A stretch of 63,799 nucleotides of DNA, filler included, from Folioceros fuciformis (lineage: Eukaryota): the NCBI GenBank assembly GCA_049999805.1. It is 11 parts of 11 records of this genome, joined end to end, with 100 filler letters (N's around TTAATTAATTAA, not from the genome) between each part and the next. Parts side by side here need not be neighbours in the genome. Positions count along the whole stretch, not along the records: positions 52,611 to 58,457 come from JBNGIO010001242.1; positions 58,558 to 62,472 come from JBNGIO010001243.1; positions 62,573 to 63,799 come from JBNGIO010001245.1; 8 more parts are not named here. One strand, 5' to 3'. Position 1 is the first letter of the stretch. The number at the start of each line of letters is the position of its first letter. A program made the translations under genes and the position numbers. A model generated the notes under the pieces. That model saw only the letters and a list, made by a program, of their open reading frames with translations, ran no database searches and had not been told where the DNA came from. Below are positions 54,600 to 63,799 of the stretch, one piece after another.

Positions 54600-56150
54600 C
54601 AAGCAGGCTTGGAGGTGGGAGACATGCAGTTGGAGGCGGTGGTCCCCATGGGTGGTAGGCGGTGAGTGAGGTGGTGGGATGACGGGTGGACATGGTCGGT
54701 GAGAGACGCGTGTGCTTGGCTAGCGGTAGTTTGGCGGAAGAGCGAATTTGATGGAGTGTGAGTGGAAGGACGGTGTGATGATGCGGGTTGGTGGCACCGT
54801 GCTTAGGTGAGGGACAAGTGTCGGTGAGGAAGCCGTGTGCTAGCGGTGTGCAAACTGTTTGTGTGAGGGACTGTGTTCCGGGCTGTGTTGCTAGATGACC
54901 CTCTGCCGACCGGGCAGATGCAGCGCCGCTTGGGTGTTGGGATGGCAGATCTATGTTTAAACTGAAACTGGTGAAGGGATTGTGCGGAGGGGCCAGGGCA
55001 GCGAAACTGTGGATCGCAGGATCCGGAGCCCGTGAATGAGCGGGTGGGGTAGCGGTGGATAGAGTGCCGTTAGGCGCGTGTGGTTGGGATGCGGTGAATC
55101 CATGCATAGACTCGCAGTGGACCGTGTGCGCTGGCAGCATAGTGACGAGTGTGGAGTCGAGTAGTTCTTCCGAGGTGGATTCAAAGTTGTGTCGCTAGCT
55201 AGTTCGTGGTCTGCCGACCGAGATGGAGGCACCGAATGAGTGTTGTGATGTCTGTGGAAGCTTTACTAAAATGTCTCCTGAGGTCATGGCAGTGACGGTG
55301 TGGGTGGCAGGATTCGGATCGCGTGAATGAGGTGCCCTGATACAACGGTGGGCACCCTCGGTGTGAGACGCCTGGGATCGGCTCGGCGGGGTGTGCTTTC
55401 ATGCGAGTTCTGCAAGATCAGCCCATTTGACGACTGTGCGGCGAAGGATGCTTTAATGATGCGAGATTGGTGCCATCGCGCTCAGGTGGGGAACAAGTTG
55501 TGGAACTTGTGTCCTGGCAGTGGGCAAAGTGACGTTTGTGGGATGGACTTTCGGGGTGGATTGGAAGTTTGGTGACTGGTTGCTCCTCTGCCGACGCGGA
55601 GGGATGCAGTCCGGGAGTGTCGCGATGTCTTATGTCCGTTTAGTCTTTGTGTTTTTTCTCCAGGGGTGATGATAGTGAAACTGTGGGTACCTGGGTGGCA
55701 GGATCTGGATGCCGTGAATTAGCTGGTGGGATAACGGTGGACACTTTTCTTCGTGAGACGCATCTTCTTGACGGGCGGTGTCGGTGCGATCGTGGTTATT
55801 TTGGAAGAAGAGCTCATTTGATGGAGTCTGAGGCGAAGAACGGGTTGGCTGGCGGTGCAGGCGTGCGTATGGTCAGAGCACATTCCATTTCATGACGCAT
55901 TGTGAGGGGAGGGGGGTGCGATGATGCGGGCCCGGTAGCTTGGTGCTGAGGTGAGGCACAAGTGGTGGTCAGGAAGGCGTGCCCTGGTTGTGCGCAATCT
56001 GACGGCTTGTTGGTTAGGACTTCCGGGTGGATTGAATGAGGAAAGTTTGTGTTGGTAGTTCATCATGTGCGCGCCTCGCCCACCGGGATGGATGCACCGG
56101 ATGAGTGTTGTGATGGGTGATGAGTGTTGAAGCTTTGGCGATGATGAGGC
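54600..56150. repeat. Old, diverged long-period repeat upstream of the ROCO gene
   Basis: Recurring blocks: ctgccgac-ggatgcaccggatgagtgttgtgatg (near 54900, 55210, 55590, 56080), ggatc-cgtgaat-cggtgga (near 55020, 55310, 55700) and gtgagg-acaagtg (near 54810, 55490, 55950). Confidence 0.55.
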
Positions 56151-56328
56151 AGAAAATGATGCGTGCTTGCCCAGGATATGGCCGTGACGCTGACACAGAT
56201 CGATGGTGGGTGCAGGTGATTGTGTAGAGTGGGATTCCTCATAGACTGCAATTGTCGTACATTTGCCCAAGCCGGTGGCTGGCTGGGTGGCTAGCGTCGA
56301 AGAGTGGTGGTGAAGTGCATCGGCTGGC

Positions 56329-58457
56329 ATGGCAAGTTCGAGCTCCAGTAGACTGAGGGCCCAGGTTCTGGAGGCGGATCTTATTGAGTGGCCGTTTCTT
56401 AGGGATTACATGGCAGTGCGTCTCTCCGAGGTTCCGAAAATTGTACCGAGGTTTCGGAATGTGGATGTGGATATGCAGGCATTTCCTCTTGAGTGGCAGC
56501 GGCTTCTGGCCGATCTGCGTGGCGTCCCTGGGCCATCGGCTGCAGATGGTTCCCACACGCCGCAGACGTTACGGCTGACGAAGTATCCTCCTCCTTATGT
56601 GACGTGGCGGGAATTTGACGATGATATCCAGAACCATCGTTGGGAAAGAGTGCAGGTGTGGCGAATGGTCATGCTACAGGTGTTGGATGCTGTTAGCGTA
56701 TGCCCGACTCTTGAGGATATTAGGCTAAGTGTGGTAATATCATCTGTACTGGACGTGGAAGGATGGGTTCGGTTCATGGTATCTTTATCCGGCAACCCCA
56801 ATCTAGCTACCCTGAAGTTATACACACCGGACAGGAAAGATCCTGCGTATTGGGTAGCTCTAGAACAACTACTGCTGCAAAGTCCTAAACTGAGCAAGCT
56901 GGTCATGTGTGGTAAGATAGAGTGGTTGCGGACGACGTGGAGTTTGACGTGGAAGGTGGACAACAGAAACGTGGACAAGTTGGAGCGGGGTAATGGTGAA
57001 CGGAAAGATAGTTACAATACAGATGTTCTCCACAACTGCAGCTTGATGTGGAGCAAGGTGCAGGATAATTCCTCCTCCGCATTGCGAGTGTTGCGCATGG
57101 ATCATGCGCTAATCATTGATGATGGGGTCTTGTCCATTAAAGCAGGTGATGCTGATGATGCTGCTGATGCTGATGGAGCAGTGGCATCATTTGTGAAAAT
57201 ATTGGAGGAAAATCGCGACGTCTGTTTACGAAAATTGTCTATTTCTCATAGAAACACCTTTAAAACAATAGGTGTTAAACGATGGGAGAATGTGGTAAAG
57301 AAAGTAGCAATGGCATTGTCCAGGAACCATTGTCTGCAAGTATTAAAGATAAATTCGCCAGTTGATCAACTGTCGGAGTGGAAAGAACTGCAACAATTCC
57401 TGCTCATCGCATTAGGTGAATCGAAAGGTGGAATGAATGAGGAGGTGGTAGTGGGCAATAGATCTATCACCCGCCTCTGCCTTCGGAAATGTCCACCTCA
57501 ATGTCTGACAGCATTGAAGGAAGTGTTGAGAGTGAATGCCAAGTTGGAAATATGTCATCTCCTCATGGAGGATGACGAGGTAAGATGGGGGAGGGGTTAT
57601 AAGTCAAAAGATATGGATAGTATATTCGATAAAGGACTGAAAGAATTACATGTAACTGGATATTGGCCAACGACCTTCTTGCGGATAGTGCTCACCTCTG
57701 TAGGGCGAAATACATCACTAGAAACTGTGGTCCTCGGTGCGGCAAATGCGAGGAAGCTGTTTGCAGACATGCCGCGTATTTTGAACCAAAATTGCACATT
57801 GAGAAACTTGGAAATAGATGACGAGCGGTGGCAAAACAGCAGCAGCTTTGCCTTGGTAGAGCAGATTGTAAATCGCAACCGCCGCCAAGCCGTATACTTA
57901 CCTACACTATACCGACAACAACTCCATTTTGATATTCCACAAGTGGGTAGACTTTTTCTTTGTGGACCTCCGCAAGCAGGTAAAAAAACATTGCGATTTT
58001 TTTGGTTATTACTCGTAATTACTTTCCTGATGTTAACGCTACTTATTCTTTGCTTGTTGTTATTTATATGGAATACGTGTGTGGTTAAATGTGTGTAGGG
58101 AAAACCACTATACGCCGAAATATGGTCCGTCATTTCCGTCATTTCAAAGGATGTACATATTTGTCAATACCATCCCGAATCCCATGGGTGATGACCAAAG
58201 GCATCGAAATCGAAAACATCATAACTCATGAGAAAGATTTTCAAGTAAGCATTTGGGATCTTGCTGGGCAAGTTGAATTTCGTATTCTCCATGATTATCT
58301 CTTTCCTAATATTCACCAAGCCTGCTTATTTTGCTTTGTGTTTAGTCCCTTTAACCATACATCAGGTCAGATGATGTCTATTGAAACGATGAGTGTAGAG
58401 TTTGAACAAGAGTTGTCATATTGGTTATCATTTATTGCGTCTAATGTCAAACAGGGA
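56329..58457 (+). CDS. TORNADO1-like ROCO protein (RNI-like LRR + Roc GTPase), truncated by contig end
   Basis: Exon 56329-57979, intron 57980-58098, exon 58099->58457. Splicing yields the P-loop RLFLCGPPQAGKTT, then TKGIEI (G2), SIWDLAGQVEFRILHDYLFP (G3) and ELSYWLSFIASN. Upstream are repeats of the type LxxNxxLxxLxI. Confidence 0.85.
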
Positions 58458-58601
58458 NNNNNNNNNNNNNNNNNNNNNNNNNNNNNNNNNNNNNNNNNNN
58501 NTTAATTAATTAANNNNNNNNNNNNNNNNNNNNNNNNNNNNNNNNNNNNNNNNNNNNGGAGGACATATATGTTGGACGGGGTGTAGGGGGAAGCGGTGAA
58601 T

Positions 58602-61600
58602 ATGACGTCGCCCGCGTCCTCAGGGCTGTCCATCACTGGCGGCAGGTCATTCCGGAATCTGGTGGGGCAGACCGGGCTGTCGAGCCCGCGAGGGGGACCC
58701 AAGTCCACCGCCACATCACCGGGGAGCGGCCATGCCAGGAGGACCTCCAGCGGGAGGTACTTGTCTCTGTCGCGAGACGACAATGAGAATGGCGGGGAGG
58801 TGAACTCGGAGTACCCCGGCTACATGGTGCAGATTCCTCCAACGCCGGACAACCAGCCGATGTCTGGGAATCCCGCCGCGCCGATCGACCCGGGTATTGC
58901 GGTGAAGGCGGAGCAGCAGTTTGTGGCCAGCACCATCTTCACCGGAGGGTTCAACAGCGTCACTCGAGGCCATGTGATGGACAAGATGATTGAGAGCGAG
59001 TCCACCCACCCGCAGATGGCTTGTGCTAGGGGTTCCACTTGTGGGGTTCACGGGTGCGACGGCAAGGCAATGCGGGATGAGAGAGGGGATGATCTCCTCC
59101 CCTGCGAGTGTAACTTCAGAATTTGCCGGGAGTGTTATGTGGATACCCTCAACAACACTGGGCTTTGTCCTGGCTGCAAGGAGCCTTACAAGATATTGGA
59201 CGGCAATGAGAGCAGGGGGATCGGAGGTGCTGGCAGCCGATCTAATGGGGATATGCAGCATGCGGCTCCCCTGCCGCTGGAGGACGCCAAGCTTGACAGG
59301 CGGCTGTCGTTGATGAAATCGAACAAACCGCCGCTGCTCATGAGCAACCAGACGTCGGAGTTCGACCACGCTCGCTGGCTGTATGAGACCAAAGGGACGT
59401 ACGGCTATGGCAATGCTGTGTGGCCCAAGGACGACAGTTACGGCAATTCAGGGATGAGCGGACCTCCTCCCAACTTCAACGACAAATCCCGGCGACCCCT
59501 TTCACGCCGGATTAATATATCGGCGGGCATTATCAGCCCTTACAGGTCTTTTTGTCTGACCGTAACCAGTGACCTGTGTGTTTTGTTCAAAGCTTTCTGT
59601 GGTAGTCCCTGGGTGGATTCTAAATGCTGTCATTCTCAACTGAGTCCAGTCTACCAGGTCTGTTGCTCGCGTCTGGAGCAAGCACCTGATGGTTTCGTCA
59701 TTGTAACACCTTGCAGGATACTTGTCTTCATTCGGCTAGTTGTGTTGGGATTTTTCCTCGCTTGGCGACTGAGGAATCCAAATGAAGATGCCATGTGGCT
59801 GTGGGGTCTCTCGGTAGTGTGTGAGCTGTGGTTTGCCTTCTCTTGGATTCTGGATCAGATGCCCAAACTGGTTCCAGTGAACCGGTCAACTGACTTGAGG
59901 GTGTTGAAGGAGAAATTTGAAACGCCATCTCCGAACAATCCAAGGGGGAAGTCTGATCTACCGGGCGTGGACGTATTCGTGTCGACAGCAGATCCCGAAA
60001 AGGAACCACCCCTGGTGACCTGCAACACCATCCTCTCCATTCTGGCAGCGGACTATCCTGTGGATAAGCTGTCCATCTATCTGTCAGATGATGGTGGGGC
60101 TCTTCTTTCCTTCGAAGCTCTTGCTGAGGCAGCAAGCTTCGCAAGAGTGTGGGTGCCATTTTGCCGCAAGCATGAGATAGAGCCGCGAAATCCAGAAACT
60201 TATTTCTTGATGAAGGGAGATCCTACGAAGAACAAGGTGAGGACGGACTTCGTGAAAGACAGAAGGAGAGTGAAGAGGGAGTATGACGAATTCAAGGTCC
60301 GCATCAACAGTTTGCCGGATTCCATACGCAGGCGTTCTGATGCATATAATGCACATGAAGAAATCAAGGCCAAGAGGCATCAAGTTGAATCCGGTGGTGA
60401 TCCCGCCGAGCTTCTGAAGATTTCCAAGGCCACATGGATGGCCGATGGCACACACTGGCCGGGCACTTGGAACAACTCAGGCAAGGAGCACGGCAGAGGA
60501 GATCATGCTGGCATTATTCAGGTATTTCCTGGTTCTTACTTTCGCAGTTCTCAAGTCGCAAACTTTTTCGCGCTGCAGGTGCACAGTCTGAGGACAGTGT
60601 CACTGACCCTTTGGAATGACCCGATTCTCAGGTGATGCTAGCCCCTCCGAGCTCCGAGCCTCTTTTGGGTGGCAACGATGAAGAAAACCTCTTTGACAGT
60701 TCGGATATCGACATTCGCCTTCCTATGCTGGTCTATGTTTCCAGGGAGAAGAGACCTGGTTATGACCACAACAAGAAAGCTGGAGCAATGAATGCCCTTG
60801 TGAGGACGAGCGCCGTCATGTCGAATGGTCCCTTCATCCTGAATCTTGATTGTGATCACTATATCTATTATGCTCCTGCACTGAGAGAGGCAATGTGCTT
60901 CATGATGGATAGAGGGGGAGATCGCATCGCGTATGTGCAGTTCCCACAGCGGTTTGAGGGTGTCGATCCGAATGATCGGTATGCTAACCGCAATACTGTG
61001 TTCTTTGATGTGAACATGAGAGCTCTGGATGGACTCCAAGGTCCTTTCTATGTGGGAACGGGGTGCATGTTCCGCAGGACTGCTCTATACGGCTTTGACC
61101 CACCCCGCGCAAAGGAGCACAGACTTTGCGGTGGTTGCTGTGGAGGTCGTGGTAAATCTCAGAGCAAACCTATGAAGAGAGAGGCCGAAGTTTCGTCGTT
61201 GAATGGGCTGAGCAGTGATGAGGATGACGTTGAGATCCAGCTGCTCCCCAAGAGGTTCGGGGCCTCTGTTGCTCTAGCGAAATCGATTCCCGTGGCACAA
61301 TACCAGGGTCAGCCTTTGGCAGATCAAGGTGTGCCCAATGGCAGACCAGCTGGAGCTTTGTTGGCCCCTAGGGAACCGTTGGATGCTGGGACACTGGCAG
61401 AAGCCATCAGCGTAATATCATGCTTTTACGAGGACAAGACGGAATGGGGCCAGAGGGTGGGCTGGATTTATGGGTCTGTGACAGAGGATGTTGTGACAGG
61501 CTTCCGCATGCATAACCGAGGGTGGAAGTCTGTCTACTGTGTGACGAAGCGGGATGCATTTCGGGGAACCGCTCCTATCAACCTTACGGACCGTTTGCAT

Positions 61601-62383
61601 CAGGTACTACGGTGGGCTACAGGCTCTGTGGAGATATTTTTCTCCCGGAACAACGCGCTGTTCGCCAACAGCAAGATGAAGTTTCTTCAGCGCATTGCCT
61701 ATCTGAACGTGGGCATCTACCCGTTCACCTCTATTTTCCTGGTGGTGTATACCTTCTTGCCAGCGCTCTCCCTCTTTTCGGGACAGTTTATTGTGAAGTC
61801 GCTGGACATCCTCTTCCTGGTGTATCTGCTGACCATCACAGTGACACTCTTCCTGCTGGCTATTCTGGAGGTGAAGTGGTCGGGAATCACTCTGGAAGAG
61901 TGGTGGCGAAACGAGCAGTTTTGGGTGATTGGAGGCACCAGTGCCCACTTGGCTGCTGTCCTGCAGGGTCTGCTGAAAGTTTTAGCCGGTGTGGACATCT
62001 CGTTCACTCTGACGTCCAAGTCAGGTGGAGACGAGAATGAGGACGAGTTTGCGGATCTGTACATCGTGAAGTGGTCTGCTCTAATGATACCGCCCATTAC
62101 TATCATGATGACGAACATCATCGCGATTGCAGTGGGATGTGCGCGAACTATCTACCAGACCACTCCGGAATGGAGCAAGCTATTAGGAGGGGTGTTTTTC
62201 AGCCTGTGGGTCTTGTTCCATCTCTACCCTTTTGCCAAGGGTCTCATGGGCAGGCGAGGGCGCACCCCGACCATCGTTTTCGTGTGGTCCGGCCTACTAG
62301 CCATCATCATCTCTCTGCTCTGGGTATCCATCAGCAACCCAAACGGCAATGGTATCGGAGGAGGCAGCTTCCAGTTTCCTTAG
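58602..62383 (+). CDS. CSLD: Cellulose synthase-like D (GT2); 3 exons
   Basis: Exons 58602-59545, 59717-60521 and 60632-62383. Motifs: [21 protein letters not shown], Cys-rich finger, [28 protein letters not shown] and C-terminal GGSFQFP. Confidence 0.96.
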
Positions 62384-62572
62384 AGGAGTTTGGGTTCTTT
62401 CCCATTCAGGTCCGTGATTTACAATGGAAGTAAAGATCAGGCCGAAGCGAGGATGAAGGAAGGAAGAGGTGGNNNNNNNNNNNNNNNNNNNNNNNNNNNN
62501 NNNNNNNNNNNNNNNNTTAATTAATTAANNNNNNNNNNNNNNNNNNNNNNNNNNNNNNNNNNNNNNNNNNNN

Positions 62573-63799
62573 GCCTTTTATTCTAGTGAGTATGAAATCT
62601 TCGACTACGTGGTCCAATGATCAAGCTCTCTAGAAGTTTACAAAGAAGAAGTGTCTTTACTGCTGGCGGGCACCTTTTAATGCACCAGCTCATAAAAACA
62701 GCTAATACGGTTGTTGTTCATGTCCCGTGAAATCTGAAATATACTAATTACTGATATATTGTGAATAACTATAGCTAGGATATATCTATTTATATATATT
62801 TTTCACTCCCACTTAGACTAGCTATGGTTATCTATCTACTCTTCGAGCCCCTCTCGTTTTGAGCTCGCTGTCTAGCACTTCACTTCACGCGCTATCGATC
62901 ACTCTTGCGATCCCGGTTCTTCGATGTTCTCTTGTCGTTCACACCTGCAATCAAAGTACCCGACTTCGCAGACTCATTCCGTCCGCCCTCCGGCACACGT
63001 TTGCTGTGGAATTTGCCATGTGCAGGCTCATTATTGACACTCTGTTCTGGCGGCGAGAATCTTGATGATGTCGCCAGCCCTAAAGCACTCACGAGCCTCA
63101 AATGCCTCTCCTTGGGCAGGGCCTTGGTTAGTAGATCTGCCACGTTCTGTTCGGTTGGCACATATTCAAGGTTGATGACGTTGTCTTCAAGCGCCTTTCG
63201 AACGAAGTGTTGTTTAACCTCAAAGTGCCGTGTCCTTGCATGTGCAATTGGATTTCTCGCTATAGCAATCGCGGACTGGTTGTCGCACCACATATTCGCA
63301 GGCTCAACCTGTTTGTATCCAAATGATTCAAGCAAAATTCTCATGTGCATAACCTCTTGCGTGGCCAAAGTGGCAGCAACATACTCTGCTTCTGTTGAAG
63401 AGAGCGCGACTATGGACTGTTTCTTCGAAGACCAGCTCACAAGACATCCTCCAACTTTTACATAGTAAGCTGACACAGATTTCCTCGAATCTCGGTCTGC
63501 TGCCCAATCTGAATATGACATGCATGTTATTCTCATTTTCTGTTGTTCTTCACTCTTTTTATACAACAATCCTATATCTGACGTGCCCTTTAAATACCTT
63601 AGGATGCGTTGTGCAGCGGACCAGTGCTGCAAGTCTGGGTTGGATAGAAACTGAGACACAACCGACGTGGCATATGATATATCGGGCCTGGTCCAATTAC
63701 TCAGCTAGAGCAGGCAGCCAACAAGCATGTGATATGGCACATCTCGCATCTTTGCTATCTCAGACTCAGTTTTAGGACTCATATCTTGTGTCAAAATTG
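62573..63799 (-). mobile_element. Ty1/copia retrotransposon 3' end: RT/RNase H, polypurine tract (PPT) and start of 3' LTR; degenerate
   Basis: TRPDISYA, HWSAAQRILRYLKGT, SDWAADRDSRKS, WSSKKQSIVALSSTEAEYVA, CDNQSAI and ADLLTKAL. A PPT-like AAGTGGGAG (62814-62806) is followed by TG at 62805. There is an in-frame stop upstream of RPDI, and YSDWA replaces the usual DSDWA. Confidence 0.93.

Noticed and set aside
18633..62383. Functional gene cluster (LRL + CSLD tip growth; two flagellar genes)
   Set aside because: The genes lie on different contigs joined by artificial linkers, so proximity is not evidence.

Overview
Eukaryotic nuclear DNA from a land plant. It is not one locus: eleven short contigs are joined by identical artificial 100-nt linkers (N44-TTAATTAATTAA-N44), so adjacency across linkers means nothing. 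Short GT-AG introns, two axonemal-type genes and a TORNADO1-like ROCO gene point to a plant with flagellated sperm, probably a bryophyte (hornwort-like compactness; this is inference). Hand-spliced genes: BAM1-like beta-amylase, LRL-class bHLH, 5' part of a VPS13, plastid MinE, CSLD, a partial LRR-Roc protein, an intronless coiled-coil/RING-H2 ORF, and two fragments resembling IC97/CFAP94 and CFAP53. The rest is rich in transposon debris: two solo LTRs with 5-bp target-site duplications (TSDs), a scrambled LTR cluster, a copia RT/RNaseH end with its LTR, a gag remnant with a zinc knuckle, a Harbinger transposase relic and several tandem arrays. The most unusual signal is a decayed C5-cytosine-methyltransferase N-terminus at about 48.2-48.5 kb. 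It resembles the type carried by algal retrotransposons and runs into a perfect 7x36-bp repeat. Family assignments come from recalled motifs, not from database searches.
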